DNA of 64,000 nt from Synechococcus sp. (GCA_047285805.1 JBJBCN010000003.1:768001-832000), one strand, 5' to 3'; counted from the first letter of the stretch, positions 12,485-23,075 are shown. Numbers and translations are program-made. Notes: a model not told the origin generated them from the sequence alone.

Positions 12485-13134
12485 GCGCGTCGTCCCTGTT
12501 GCTGGCCCTGCACAGCTCGAGTGAAAGCCTCGGGGTGGGCCTCTGTGATCTGCGGGCGCGCGAGGCCACTCCCCAGTGCGCCAGCTTCCCCCTGGGCCGT
12601 CAGCTCTCCAACGACCTGCTGCCCTGCGTCGAGCAGCTGCTGCCCGCGGAGCGCTGGCCGCAGCTGGCGCGGATCAGCGTGGCGACCGGGCCCGGTGGCT
12701 TCACCGGAACCCGCCTTACCGTGGTTCTGGCACGCACCTTGGCCCAGCAGCTCCAGATCCCCTTGCATGGCTTCGGCAGCTTCTTGCTGATGGCCCGTCG
12801 CCTCGCGGAGGCGGGGGTTCTCACGGGGGATCAGCCCCGGTTCTGGCTGCACCAAACCCTGCCCCGCCGCGGGACGGTGGCGGGGGCCTACTGCCTGGAT
12901 GCCGCCGCCTTGGGCGGGATTCGGGAGACCGACGAGCCGCGGTTGTTCCGTCCTGAGGAGGAGTGGCCTGGCTCAGCCGGCAGCGGCGAGCCTGGAGCGC
13001 CCGCCGAGGTGGACGCCGAGCAGGATGTGCTGCAGCTGCTGGCCCTGGGTCACTTGGCCCATGCAGCGGCGTTGCCGGGGCCCTGGGAGACGGTTCTGCC
13101 GCTCTATCCCACCAGCCCGGTGGATGGGGCATGA
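12481..13134 (+). CDS. tsaB: tRNA t6A biosynthesis protein TsaB
   Basis: LLALHSS and VATGPGGFTGTRLTVVLARTLAQ motifs, C-terminal LPLYP. Confidence 0.88.
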   Translation: MSASSLLLALHSSSESLGVGLCDLRAREATPQCASFPLGRQLSNDLLPCVEQLLPAERWPQLARISVATGPGGFTGTRLTVVLARTLAQQLQIPLHGFGSFLLMARRLAEAGVLTGDQPRFWLHQTLPRRGTVAGAYCLDAAALGGIRETDEPRLFRPEEEWPGSAGSGEPGAPAEVDAEQDVLQLLALGHLAHAAALPGPWETVLPLYPTSPVDGA

Positions 13135-13772
13135 CCCAATCCCAACGCCCAACTGAGTCGCGGCCCCGCGGCAAGCGCCGGCGCCCGCGACGCCGCGGCA
13201 GAGCCCGGCGCGTGCTCCTTCTGGCGGGGTTGGTCGCGCTGGCGTGGTGCAGCCGGACTTTTTGGTTCCCGTCCCTGCCGCCACCGCAGTTGGTACTGGT
13301 GCTCGGTGGCGATGTGGAGCGGGAGCGGGTTGGGGCGGAGGTCGCCCAGCGCGATGGACTGCCCTTGATCGTCAGCGGTGGAAGCAATCCGGAGTATGCC
13401 CATTGGTTGTTCCGCGGCCGGGGCCTCGACGACAGCCAGGTGCTGCTCGATTACCGCGCCACGGACACCCTGAGCAACTTCACCTCGGTTGTGGATGATC
13501 TCAAGCGCGCCAAGATCCGCCACGTGCTGCTGGTCACCAGCAGCGATCACATGGACCGGGCTCTGATGGTCGGCCGGGTCGTTGCCGGGAGCCGCGGGAT
13601 TGGTTTGACGCCCCTGGCGGTGCCCTGCGGCAACCGCTGTTTCCCTGAGGACTGGCGCAAGATTTGGGGAGATGGACTGCGGTCTGCTCTCTGGGTGGTG
13701 AGCGGCAGGGACCTCAGGGACTGGGCGGCAGAGCGTTTTGGTCCCCTGCTGGAGGAAGTACGGGGCCGCTGA
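13131..13772 (+). CDS. YdcF/DUF218-family protein
   Basis: VLGG, VSGG, DYRATDTLSNF and LVTSSDHMDRA motifs; ATGA overlap with tsaB. Confidence 0.82.
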   Translation: MTQSQRPTESRPRGKRRRPRRRGRARRVLLLAGLVALAWCSRTFWFPSLPPPQLVLVLGGDVERERVGAEVAQRDGLPLIVSGGSNPEYAHWLFRGRGLDDSQVLLDYRATDTLSNFTSVVDDLKRAKIRHVLLVTSSDHMDRALMVGRVVAGSRGIGLTPLAVPCGNRCFPEDWRKIWGDGLRSALWVVSGRDLRDWAAERFGPLLEEVRGR

Positions 13773-14466
13773 TCAAGCCCTGATCGAGTAGGGCGTTGAT
13801 CTGCGCCTGGCAGGCCGAGGTTGCTTGATCGAGATCCACCCGTTTGCGTGAGGCCGGGGGCGGGATCGGTGTGCCAATGCGGATGTGGACCGGCAGGACT
13901 CGAGCGCTGCGGGATCCGGTGCCCAGAGCGCGGTGACTGTTGATGATTGCCACGGGCAGCAGTGGCACGCCTGCGCGGGCGGCGAGCAGGGCTGCACCAG
14001 CCTGGGGATTGTTCACGCGACCATCCACTTGGCGGGTGCCATCGATGAAGACCCCGGTGGCCCAGCCCTGCTCCAGGCGATCCGTGGCGACTCGGATGGC
14101 TTCGCGGTCACTGGCGCCGCGGGAGACCGGGTAGGCGCCGCAGGCGCGGATGATTGGACCGAGCAGCGGGATGTTGAACAGTTCCGCCTTGGCCATGAAG
14201 GCCACGGGGCGCCCCAGGGCGTGGCCCAGGAGCGGTGGATCGAGGTGGGAGCCATGGTTCGCCACCACCACCAGGGCCCCCTCCATGGGCACATTGCCGT
14301 TGCCAGCGGTGCGGCCCCGGAAGAGCAGCCGGTAGATCGGGAAGACGAGTAAGTAGCTCACCAGGCGGTAGGTGAGGCTCGGCCGCGGAGTGCGGATGAG
14401 GGCCGGCGGTTCGGCGGGTTTGCGGCGCTGCAGGACCCGTTTGACCGCTTTGACGGGACGGTTCAC
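13714..14466 (-). CDS. plsC: 1-acyl-sn-glycerol-3-phosphate acyltransferase
   Basis: NHGSHLDP (HX4D), FMAKAELF and FIDGTR motifs; downstream of fabD. Confidence 0.92.
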   Translation of the reverse strand: MNRPVKAVKRVLQRRKPAEPPALIRTPRPSLTYRLVSYLLVFPIYRLLFRGRTAGNGNVPMEGALVVVANHGSHLDPPLLGHALGRPVAFMAKAELFNIPLLGPIIRACGAYPVSRGASDREAIRVATDRLEQGWATGVFIDGTRQVDGRVNNPQAGAALLAARAGVPLLPVAIINSHRALGTGSRSARVLPVHIRIGTPIPPPASRKRVDLDQATSACQAQINALLDQGLISGPVLPPAGDQNALPPSP

Positions 14467-15353
14467 AGCCCCAGATCGGCTGCGGTGGCAACCTGCGCGT
14501 TGCTAACGCCTTCGGTGCTGCGCTTGATCAGGCCACTGAGGACGTTGCCCGGGCCGATTTCCACGGCGGTGCTGATGCCCGCGGCCGTCATCGCTTCCAT
14601 GGTTTCGCGCCAGCGCACACCGGTAGTCATCTGGCTGCGCAGGCGTTCTTTGAGGGCCGCGCCGCTGGTCTCCGGGGTGGGGTCGGTGTTGCTCAGCACC
14701 GGAATGGCGGCGTCGACAAAGCTCACGCCCTCCAGGGTGCTGGCGAAGGCGGCGGCGGCTTCGGCCATGAAGGGGGAGTGGAAGGCCCCGCTCACCGCCA
14801 GTGGGATGGCCCGCTTGCACTTGAGCTGGCTGCTCACACTGCCGACGGCGTCCGGGCTGCCGGAGAGGACCACCTGGGCACTGCTGTTGTCATTAGCGAT
14901 CACCACGCCGTCGGTGGCGTTCACCAGCGCTTCGAGTTCTCCGCGGTCAAAGCCCATGACGGCGGTCATCGCGCCGCCCCCGGCGACGGCCATCAGTTCG
15001 CTGCGGGTCTTCATCAGCTGGATGCCTGTCTCGGCATCGAACACCCCGGCGGCGTAGAGGGCCACCAGTTCCCCGAGGCTGTGGCCCGCCACCAGGATGG
15101 CGCTCCGGCCTTGGGCCTTCAGGCCATCCACCAACAGGCTTTCGACCACAAACAGGGCCGGCTGGGTGTTGCGGGTGTCGTTCAGGTCGCTGAGGTCACC
15201 CTCGGCCTCGCCATTGCAGATTGCGAGCAGGTCGCGCCCCAGCAGGTTGGATGCGGCTTCAAAGCGTGCCTTGGCCCCAGGGAGCTCCAGCACCCCTGCG
15301 GCCATGCCCACCTTCTGAGAGCCCTGTCCAGGGAAAACCCAGGCGTTACCCAT
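14463..15353 (-). CDS. fabD: Malonyl-CoA:ACP transacylase
   Basis: FPGQGSQ, GHSLGE and VSGAFHS motifs. Confidence 0.96.
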   Translation of the reverse strand: MGNAWVFPGQGSQKVGMAAGVLELPGAKARFEAASNLLGRDLLAICNGEAEGDLSDLNDTRNTQPALFVVESLLVDGLKAQGRSAILVAGHSLGELVALYAAGVFDAETGIQLMKTRSELMAVAGGGAMTAVMGFDRGELEALVNATDGVVIANDNSSAQVVLSGSPDAVGSVSSQLKCKRAIPLAVSGAFHSPFMAEAAAAFASTLEGVSFVDAAIPVLSNTDPTPETSGAALKERLRSQMTTGVRWRETMEAMTAAGISTAVEIGPGNVLSGLIKRSTEGVSNAQVATAADLGL

Positions 15354-15381
15354 GGCCGCGCGTTGAAGTGACGGGGGGAGC

Positions 15382-16440
15382 CTACGCGGGGCCCTTCCAG
15401 CGCAACAGAGCTCCGCCCCAGCTCAATCCGGCGCCAAAGCCGCTGCTGGCGATCAGGTCTCCGGGTTGAACACGGCCGTCTTTGACCGCCTCATCCAGCA
15501 TCAAGGGAATCGTGGCCGCTGAGGTGTTGCCGTAGTTGCTGAGATTGCTAAGGACTCGCTCGTGGGGAATCTTGAAGCGATCGGCCACAGCATCAAGGAT
15601 GCGTTGGTTGGCCTGGTGCAGGAGCAGCCAATTCAGTTGTTCGGCGTCCGTCCCGGTGGCTTCCAGCAGCTCCTTGAGGATGGCGGGAACTTCGCGCACG
15701 GCGAACTTGTAGACCTCTTGTCCATTCATGCGCAGGGGCTCAAAGCCCCCCTGCTGGGCGCTGACGTCCTCTAGTACCGGATGGTGGTTCTCGGTTTGGG
15801 CGAGGGTCAAGCAGCCATTGCGGCTTCCATCAGAGCGCATGCGGAAGCCCAACAGGCCGTCCTCTTCGGCAGGACAGGCTTCGACTGCCACAGCGGCTGC
15901 GGCATCACCAAAGAGCACGCAGGTGGTGCGATCGTCCCAATCCACCCAGCGGCTGAGTTGATCGGCACCGATGACGAGAGCCCGGCGCATGGCGCCGCTC
16001 CGTAGGTACTGCCCAGCGGTGATCAGGGCGAAGAGGAAACCGCTGCAGGCGGCGGTCAGGTCAAAGGCGACCGCATGTTTGGCCCCAAGGGCCCCTTGCA
16101 CCCTGGGGGCGGTGCCGAAGAGGTCGTCGGGGCTCGAGGTGGCCATCAGGATCAAGTCCAGATCCTCGGGCTGCCATCCCGCGTGCTCCAGGGCGGCTTC
16201 GGCCGCTCGGGTCGCGATCACGGTCAGGGGTTCGTCGGCGTTGCAGATCCGCCGGGCGCCAATGCCGGTGCGGGTACGAATCCATTCGTCGCTCGTGTCG
16301 ACTCGGGTACTGAGCTGCTCATTGCTTACCCGGTTGACCGGCACCGCACTGCCACACCCCACCAGGGCCATGCCCAAGGGGGTCCCGGCTTTGGCAGCGC
16401 TGGTCATGTGGCCTGGCCCGAGACGGTGGGGCTCAGTCAA
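15382..16440 (-). CDS. fabH: Beta-ketoacyl-ACP synthase III
   Basis: DTSDEWIRTRTGI, AACSGF, HQANQRI and GNTSAA motifs. Start either TTG 16440 or ATG 16407. Confidence 0.96.
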   Translation of the reverse strand: MTEPHRLGPGHMTSAAKAGTPLGMALVGCGSAVPVNRVSNEQLSTRVDTSDEWIRTRTGIGARRICNADEPLTVIATRAAEAALEHAGWQPEDLDLILMATSSPDDLFGTAPRVQGALGAKHAVAFDLTAACSGFLFALITAGQYLRSGAMRRALVIGADQLSRWVDWDDRTTCVLFGDAAAAVAVEACPAEEDGLLGFRMRSDGSRNGCLTLAQTENHHPVLEDVSAQQGGFEPLRMNGQEVYKFAVREVPAILKELLEATGTDAEQLNWLLLHQANQRILDAVADRFKIPHERVLSNLSNYGNTSAATIPLMLDEAVKDGRVQPGDLIASSGFGAGLSWGGALLRWKGPA

Positions 16441-17789
16441 CCACAGGCGATGGTCTCGTTTTCGGCTTCGCTCAGGCGGTGCAGGTCCTCCATTACGCCG
16501 TGGTTCGCAGCGGAATGGGCGATGCGCAAAGCGCTAACCACAGACAGGGCTTTGCTGCTGCCGTGGCCGATGACGCAGACCCCATTGACCCCCAGGAGCA
16601 GGGCGCCGCCATGTTCGGCGTGGTCCAGGCGCTTCTTGATCCGCCGCAGGTTGCTCATCAAGAAGGCGGAGCCGACCTTGCCGCGGCGACCGCGGGGGAG
16701 TTCGGCTTTGAGGACATCCAGCAGGACACTGCCGACGCTCTCGAGGAACTTCAGCAGCACGTTGCCGGTGAAGCCATCGCAGACCACCACATCGAAGTCG
16801 CCGGAGAGGACATCGCGTCCCTCGCAGTTGCCCGCAAAACGGAAGCGGGTCTCAGCGGCCATCAGCGGATAGGTCTTGAGGGCTTGATCGTTTCCTTTGC
16901 ACTCCTCCTCGCCGATGTTCAGGAGTCCAATGCGGGGCTCTCGGACCTGCAGGACATCGCGGCTGTAGATGTTCCCCAGCAGCGCCCACTGGTGCAGATA
17001 GCTGGGTTTGGCGTCCATGTTGGCGCCGACATCCAGCACAAGGACTTGCTGCGCGGGATCTTTGGTGGGGAATAGGGCGCCAATGGCAGGGCGATCAATG
17101 CCTTTGAGGCGGCCCAAGCGGAAGATCGCTGAGGCCATCACGGCTCCGGAGTTGCCGGCGGAGTAGATGGCAGTGGCCTCCCCGGCCTTCACCAGATTCA
17201 TGGCCATGTTGATGCTGGCGTCGCGCTTCTTGCGCACCACCGTGGCTTCCTCGTTCATTCCCACCGAGGGGCCGCTGGGCACGAGTTCAATCAGCCCCTG
17301 TTGTTGCGTCTCGCGGAGTTCTTCGCTCAGCTCGAGTTCAGCAACGGCCGCGTCCACGGCGGCGGTTTCGGCCACGAACTTCACCCGCACCGGCAGCAGG
17401 CGTACGGCCCGCAGGCAGCCTTCAAGGATCGGACCTGGGGCGTAGTCACCGCCCATGCCATCGACCGCCACCCAGAGCCGATCGGCATCGTTAATAGCCT
17501 CACCATCGAGACCGCCCACCCCTTGCTGGAGACGGCGCAGGGGGTCAAACACCAAGGGCTGAAGCACCGTGTTGGCCGCGGCACCCGCTGCTCCAGCGGC
17601 AGTTCCAGCCGTGCTAACGACGGAACCGGCCATCGAGCCTGCGGCGCTCCCAGCGGCTGAAGCCGAATCAACCAGCGTGGTGACGGCCGCGTTGCGCCGA
17701 TACCAAATCACCAAGCGCCGAATTGCCTTCGGGCGGCTTCGGCGGCTCGATGCGCCGGGGCCAGTCGCATCAGTTGGATTCTGGGGCAA
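16437..17789 (-). CDS. plsX: Phosphate acyltransferase PlsX with N-terminal extension
   Basis: VAVDGMGGDYAP, SAGNSGA, LDVGANMD, DGFTGNV and GHGSS motifs. TTG start (17789 or 17798) lies inside the rpaB 3' end. Confidence 0.93.
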   Translation of the reverse strand: MPQNPTDATGPGASSRRSRPKAIRRLVIWYRRNAAVTTLVDSASAAGSAAGSMAGSVVSTAGTAAGAAGAAANTVLQPLVFDPLRRLQQGVGGLDGEAINDADRLWVAVDGMGGDYAPGPILEGCLRAVRLLPVRVKFVAETAAVDAAVAELELSEELRETQQQGLIELVPSGPSVGMNEEATVVRKKRDASINMAMNLVKAGEATAIYSAGNSGAVMASAIFRLGRLKGIDRPAIGALFPTKDPAQQVLVLDVGANMDAKPSYLHQWALLGNIYSRDVLQVREPRIGLLNIGEEECKGNDQALKTYPLMAAETRFRFAGNCEGRDVLSGDFDVVVCDGFTGNVLLKFLESVGSVLLDVLKAELPRGRRGKVGSAFLMSNLRRIKKRLDHAEHGGALLLGVNGVCVIGHGSSKALSVVSALRIAHSAANHGVMEDLHRLSEAENETIACG

Positions 17790-18519
17790 CGGCTTCAACG
17801 ATGCGTTGGAACAGATAACCGGTGCCGCGAGCCGTGAGGATCAGCTCGGGATTCGCCGGATCGTCTTCCAGTTTGGAGCGCAGCCGGGAGATATGAACAT
17901 CCACCACCCTGGTATCCACATGGCGCTCGGGGGTGTAGCCCCAGACCTCCTTGAGGATTTCACCGCGGCTGAAGGGTTCCCCGCTGCGGCCCACCAGGAG
18001 CTCAAGCAGGCTGAATTCCATGCCGGTCAGGCGAATCCGCTCATCACCGCGGAAGACCTGCCGTTTGTTGGTGTCGATCCGGATGTCGTTGATCTGGATC
18101 AGGCCTGAGTTCGGGATTCCGGCGGCTCCTTCTTTGCCAATGCGGCGCAGAACGCAACGGATGCGGGCCTCGAGTTCCTTCGGGCTGAAGGGCTTGACCA
18201 CGTAGTCGTCTGCCCCCAGCTCGAGCCCCGTAATCCGGTCGGCCACATCGCCGAGGGCAGTGAGCATCACGATGGGCACGTCGGACTCCTTGCGGAGTTC
18301 CTGGCAAACGCCGTAGCCATCGAGCTTCGGCATCATCACATCGAGCACCACCAGATCGGGTGGGCTGTTCCGAAACGCCTCGAGGGCTTCTAGGCCGTCG
18401 CAAGCAGTGATGACCGTGTAGCCAATCATCGAGAGCCGCGTTTCCAGGATGCGGCGGATGCTGGCCTCGTCGTCCACGACCAGAATTGTTTCCTTGGCTG
18501 GGGCTGGGGAGGCCGTCAT
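17770..18519 (-). CDS. rpaB: OmpR-family response regulator RpaB (Ycf27)
   Basis: ILVVDDEASIRRILETRLSMIGY, DVADRITGLELGADDY and WGYTPERHVDTRVVDVHISRLR. Confidence 0.95.
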   Translation of the reverse strand: MTASPAPAKETILVVDDEASIRRILETRLSMIGYTVITACDGLEALEAFRNSPPDLVVLDVMMPKLDGYGVCQELRKESDVPIVMLTALGDVADRITGLELGADDYVVKPFSPKELEARIRCVLRRIGKEGAAGIPNSGLIQINDIRIDTNKRQVFRGDERIRLTGMEFSLLELLVGRSGEPFSRGEILKEVWGYTPERHVDTRVVDVHISRLRSKLEDDPANPELILTARGTGYLFQRIVEAVAPESN

Positions 18520-18645
18520 TGCGCCAGTCTGGATGGCCGTTATTTAAGTGATTAGACCTACTGAAGAGGTCTTTCGGGGTTCACGTTCGACGAATCCCAC
18601 CTTCTGTCATACACCTTCTTCATCCCCCACGCCGCCCCAAGCGCT

Positions 18646-20088
18646 TTGGCTCGCACCACCAGCACCTACGTCTGCCAGAGCTGCGGAGCCCAAACTCGGC
18701 AGTTTTTTGGGCGCTGCTCGAGCTGCGGCAGTTGGAACAGCCTGGTGGAGCAATCCACCCCCGCCAGCGACAACCGTCGCCGCCGTCCTGTGGCGGTGGC
18801 TGACGCCGAAAGCGAGATTCCCGCTGCCCCGCGCCGCTCAGAGCCGATCGCAGCCGTGGGTGACCGCCCGCTGCAGCGCCTGGGCAGTGGTTACGGTGAA
18901 TTTGACCGCGTGCTGGGCGGTGGTCTGGTGCCGGGTTCGTTGGTGCTGCTTGGGGGGGATCCCGGCATCGGCAAGAGCACCTTGCTGCTGCAAAGCGCCC
19001 AGGCCATGGCGGCTCGTCATTCTGTTTTGTATGTCAGTGCGGAGGAATCGGCCCAGCAGGTGAAGCTGCGCTGGCTCCGGCTGGCGGAGGCGCAAGGCGA
19101 GGTTCCCCTGCCCCAAGAGGGCTCCTCGGGGCTCCAGCTCCTGGCGGAAACCGATTTGGAATTGGTGCTGCAGGAACTGGAGGCCCTGAGGCCCGCCGTC
19201 GCCGTGATCGACAGCATCCAGGCGCTGCATGACGGGGAATTGGGCAGTGCGCCGGGCTCAGTGGCCCAAGTGCGGGAATGTGCCGCTGCGTTGGCTCGGA
19301 TCGCCAAGCGCCAGAACACGGCGCTCCTCCTGGTGGGCCATGTCACCAAGGAAGGGATGTTGGCCGGGCCGAAGGTGCTCGAGCACCTGGTGGATGCGGT
19401 CCTGACCTTTGAGGGGGATCGCTTTGCAAGTCATCGCCTGCTCCGGGCGGTCAAGAACCGCTTTGGAGCGACCCATGAATTGGGGGTCTTTGAAATGCGG
19501 GGCCAGGGCTTGGCCCAGGTGCTCAACCCCAGCGAGCTGTTCTTGGGCAGCGACGAACCCAGCGCAGGAACCGCCACGATCGTCGCCTGCGAAGGTACCC
19601 GCCCACTGGTGGTCGAGCTCCAATCCCTGGTCAGCACCACGAGCTACGCCAGCCCCCGGCGCACCGCGACCGGCATCGGTACCAACCGCCTACATCAGAT
19701 CCTGGCGGTGCTCGAGAAACACCTCGGCCTTCCCCTGTCCCGTTTCGATTGCTACTTGGCGGTGGCGGGCGGACTAGACGTGGAGGAACCCGCTGCGGAC
19801 TTAGGCGTCGCGGCCGCCGTTGTGGCGAGCTATCGCGACCTGACCCTGCCGCCGGGAACGGTCCTGGTGGGTGAGCTTGGTCTGGGAGGCCAGTTGCGGC
19901 CCGTCGGCCAGTTGGAGCAGCGCCTGCAGGAGGCGGCGCGCTTGGGCTTCAATCGGGCCGTGGTCCCCAAGGGCTCTGGCTTGGGACGGCTGGCGTCGGG
20001 TCTGGACCTGCAGCTCCACGAGGCGGGAAGTGTTGCCGAAGCCCTTGTCGCCGCCCTGGGGGTGAACCCCGCCGATGACCGGGCCTAG
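18646..20088 (+). CDS. radA: DNA repair protein RadA/Sms
   Basis: CxxC...CxxC zinc finger, GDPGIGKST Walker A, KNRFG motif; TTG start. Confidence 0.96.
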   Translation: MARTTSTYVCQSCGAQTRQFFGRCSSCGSWNSLVEQSTPASDNRRRRPVAVADAESEIPAAPRRSEPIAAVGDRPLQRLGSGYGEFDRVLGGGLVPGSLVLLGGDPGIGKSTLLLQSAQAMAARHSVLYVSAEESAQQVKLRWLRLAEAQGEVPLPQEGSSGLQLLAETDLELVLQELEALRPAVAVIDSIQALHDGELGSAPGSVAQVRECAAALARIAKRQNTALLLVGHVTKEGMLAGPKVLEHLVDAVLTFEGDRFASHRLLRAVKNRFGATHELGVFEMRGQGLAQVLNPSELFLGSDEPSAGTATIVACEGTRPLVVELQSLVSTTSYASPRRTATGIGTNRLHQILAVLEKHLGLPLSRFDCYLAVAGGLDVEEPAADLGVAAAVVASYRDLTLPPGTVLVGELGLGGQLRPVGQLEQRLQEAARLGFNRAVVPKGSGLGRLASGLDLQLHEAGSVAEALVAALGVNPADDRA

Positions 20089-20100
20089 TCGAACGTCAAC

Positions 20101-20622
20101 TCAGAAGTAGACGTCGACGCTGCCGCGACCGCTGGTCTTGAGCCAGTTCTGGGCTTCGATGTAGTTGTTGGGCGCCAGGCGGATGGCCTTGCCCCAGAAG
20201 TCGGCCGCCAGATCAAAGCGGCGATCGGCCTCATCGGTTTCGCCCTGTTCTTCGGCGATGCAGCCCAGGTGGTGGTGAATCACCGCCATGTTGTTCAGCG
20301 CCTGGGGCATTTTGCTGTTGAGATTCAGGGCTTGTCCGTACTGCTCGAGAGCTTTTTCGTGCTCGCCGTTGCTGGCGTACACCAGGGCCATGTTGTAGAG
20401 GATGAACGCCTTGTCGTTGGGGTCCTCCTCAAGCTTCAGGGCTTCGGCGTAGTTGTCCAACGCTTCGGCATATTCCCCGTCGGCCTGGGCGCTCATGCCA
20501 TCGCGGTAATAGGCGAAGGCCTCCTTGGCTCGTTGGTTGGTCGGCAGCACCTTGAGGATCAGGTCCGCCATGACCGTGAAGCTCTTGTCGATGAAGTTGT
20601 CGTTGCGCTGGGAGCGGGGCAC
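20101..20622 (-). CDS. ycf3: Photosystem I assembly protein Ycf3
   Basis: (V)[31 protein letters not shown] and [16 protein letters not shown] 20622. Confidence 0.96.
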   Translation of the reverse strand: MPRSQRNDNFIDKSFTVMADLILKVLPTNQRAKEAFAYYRDGMSAQADGEYAEALDNYAEALKLEEDPNDKAFILYNMALVYASNGEHEKALEQYGQALNLNSKMPQALNNMAVIHHHLGCIAEEQGETDEADRRFDLAADFWGKAIRLAPNNYIEAQNWLKTSGRGSVDVYF

Positions 20623-20723
20623 GGCAGGCACGGGAGCTTCGTCGCCCCATCCTGACTTGTGCCCCGCGGTTCAGGGGAGAACCGTGAAAAGTCCCTAGCC
20701 TTGGGCTTCCCCTTCCTGCTTGC

Positions 20724-23075
20724 GTGCCGACCGACCCCGAGCCAGCCGCCCAGCCGGTCGCGCCGCTCTTGCTGGATGTGGAGGGCATGAAATGTGGTGG
20801 CTGTGTCCGCTCGGTTGAGCAGCGTCTGCTGGCCCAACCGGGGGTACGTCAGGCGAGCGTCAATTTGCTCAACCGGACCGCCTGGGTGGGTCTGGATCCC
20901 AAGGTCATGGCTTCGGAGCCGGCGCAGCCCTTGATCGAGGCCCTGGCCTCCATGGGCTACGCGGCCGCTGTGCGCAATCTGGACGGCGACGATCGGCCCC
21001 TGAGCCTGGAGGAGCGGCGGCAGCAACAGAGCTGGTGGCAGCGCTGGCGCCAATTGATTGTGGCGTTGCTTCTATTGCTTTTCTCGGTCTCCGGACATCT
21101 GGCGGAGGCTGGTCAGCTGCCCTTGGCCCCCTTGGCGGACATCCGCCTGCATGCCCTTGTGGCGACGGCAGCCCTTCTGCTGCCTGGGCGCCTGATCTTG
21201 GTTCAGGGCTGGCGTTCGGCATGGGCCGGTGCACCGGGCATGGACACCCTGGTGGGGCTGGGGATGGGAAGCGCCTACCTGGCCAGCTTGGTGGCCTTGC
21301 TTTGGCCGGCCGTGGGCTGGCAGTGCTTTTTTAACGAGCCGGTGATGCTGCTGGGCTTCGTGTTGATGGGCCGCTTTCTTGAAGAGAGGGCGCGGTTCCG
21401 CACCGGACGGGCCCTCCACGAGTTGGCCCGCTTGCAACCCGACGAGGCGCTCCTCGTGCTGGGCGATGGAGTTGAGCCGGTTCGCGTTGGTGCCTTGCGG
21501 CCCGGGGATAGGTTGCGCCTGCTGCCTGGGGATCGGGTCCCCGTGGACAGCCGCGTGCTGGAAGGCCAGTCGACATTGGATGTCTCCAGCCTCACTGGTG
21601 AGCCGCTGCCATTGTTGGCGGGTGTCGGCCAAGAGCTCGCCGCGGGTGGGTTAAATCTGCAGTCGAGCCTTGAGCTCGAGGTATTGCGCCCCGGCCGCGA
21701 GAGCGCGGTGGCTCGGATTATTTCCCTGGTGGAGGGTGCCCAGGCCCGGAAGGCGCCGATTCAGACCCTCACCGATCGAGTGGCGGGCCGCTTCAGCGTT
21801 GTGGTGATGCTGCTGGCCGCCGGCACCTTTCTTTTCTGGTGGTTGATCGGTGCCCAGCTCTGGCCCCACGTCCTCAGTACGGCGCCGTCGATGCATCAGC
21901 ACGGTGGCCATCGCAGCTTGGGCCTCGGCGCTGAAACCCCCTTCGTCTTGGGGTTGCAACTGAGTATCGCCGTGCTGGTGGTCGCCTGCCCCTGCGCCTT
22001 GGGATTGGCGACACCAACGGCAATCACCGTCGGTAGTGGCTTGGCGGCTCGTTCAGGGGTGCTCTTCCGCGGAGGCGATGTGATCGAGGCGGCCTCCCGG
22101 CTGCGCACCCTCTTTTTTGACAAGACCGGAACCCTGACGGTCGGCCGACCCACGGTGAGGGCGGTCGATCCAGTGGCCAGCGAAGCCGTGTTGATCCAGC
22201 TGGCGGCCAGCCTGGAGGCCCAGACCAGGCACCCCTTGGCCCATGCACTGCTGCAGCGTGCGGAGCAGTTGGAGATCCCCTTGTTGGACGTGCGTGAGCC
22301 CCGCACCCTGGTTGGCGATGGCGTCAGTGCCGAGGTGGAGGGCCATGGCCTGTGCCGGGTGGGGCGCCCTGCCTGGTTGCTCGAAGGCGGCGTCCCAATA
22401 GCCGAGGCGCAGCGGCGTTGGTGGAATGAACAGGAAGTCCAGGGTTCGACGGTGGTGGCCGTAGCCCTGAGCGATACCGCGTGCTCAAGCCAACTGAAGG
22501 GGCTGATCGCCCTCGATGATCAAGCGCGCGCCGATGCCCAAGGCGCTCTGGCCCAGTTGCGAGCGATGGGTTTGGCGTTGGGCCTGCTGAGTGGCGATCG
22601 TCAGTCACCGGTGCGGCACCTGGCGGCCCAGTTGGGCTTGCCGCCCGAGGAGTTGGCCTGGGAATTGCTCCCGCACCAGAAGTTGGAGCACATCGACCAG
22701 GCGCGACAGGGCTCCAGCCCCGTTGGCATGGTCGGGGATGGGATCAATGACGCGCCTGCCCTGGCCGCGGCTGATCTAGGCATTGCGGTGGGGACAGGAA
22801 CCCAGATCGCGATCGATACCGCCGACCTGGTGGTGCTGGGCGAGCGCCTCGAAGCGATCCCGATGGCATTGCGCCTCGCCCGCCGCACGATGGACAAGGT
22901 CCGCCAAAACCTGATCTGGGCCTTTGGGTACAACTTGGTCGTGTTGCCGATCGCCGCCGGGGTGCTCCTGCCAGGCTTTGGCGTCGTGCTGTCACCACCG
23001 CTGGCAGCCCTCTTGATGGCCATGAGCTCGATCACGGTTGTTGTGAACGCCTTGCTGCTGGGGCGCCATGACTAA
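20724..23075 (+). CDS. Cu(I)-type P1B heavy-metal ATPase (CtaA-like)
   Basis: HMA GMKCGGC, TGE, CPCALGLA, DKTGT, HP, GDGINDAP, and YN...MAMSS membrane Cu ligands. Confidence 0.92.
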   Translation: MPTDPEPAAQPVAPLLLDVEGMKCGGCVRSVEQRLLAQPGVRQASVNLLNRTAWVGLDPKVMASEPAQPLIEALASMGYAAAVRNLDGDDRPLSLEERRQQQSWWQRWRQLIVALLLLLFSVSGHLAEAGQLPLAPLADIRLHALVATAALLLPGRLILVQGWRSAWAGAPGMDTLVGLGMGSAYLASLVALLWPAVGWQCFFNEPVMLLGFVLMGRFLEERARFRTGRALHELARLQPDEALLVLGDGVEPVRVGALRPGDRLRLLPGDRVPVDSRVLEGQSTLDVSSLTGEPLPLLAGVGQELAAGGLNLQSSLELEVLRPGRESAVARIISLVEGAQARKAPIQTLTDRVAGRFSVVVMLLAAGTFLFWWLIGAQLWPHVLSTAPSMHQHGGHRSLGLGAETPFVLGLQLSIAVLVVACPCALGLATPTAITVGSGLAARSGVLFRGGDVIEAASRLRTLFFDKTGTLTVGRPTVRAVDPVASEAVLIQLAASLEAQTRHPLAHALLQRAEQLEIPLLDVREPRTLVGDGVSAEVEGHGLCRVGRPAWLLEGGVPIAEAQRRWWNEQEVQGSTVVAVALSDTACSSQLKGLIALDDQARADAQGALAQLRAMGLALGLLSGDRQSPVRHLAAQLGLPPEELAWELLPHQKLEHIDQARQGSSPVGMVGDGINDAPALAAADLGIAVGTGTQIAIDTADLVVLGERLEAIPMALRLARRTMDKVRQNLIWAFGYNLVVLPIAAGVLLPGFGVVLSPPLAALLMAMSSITVVVNALLLGRHD

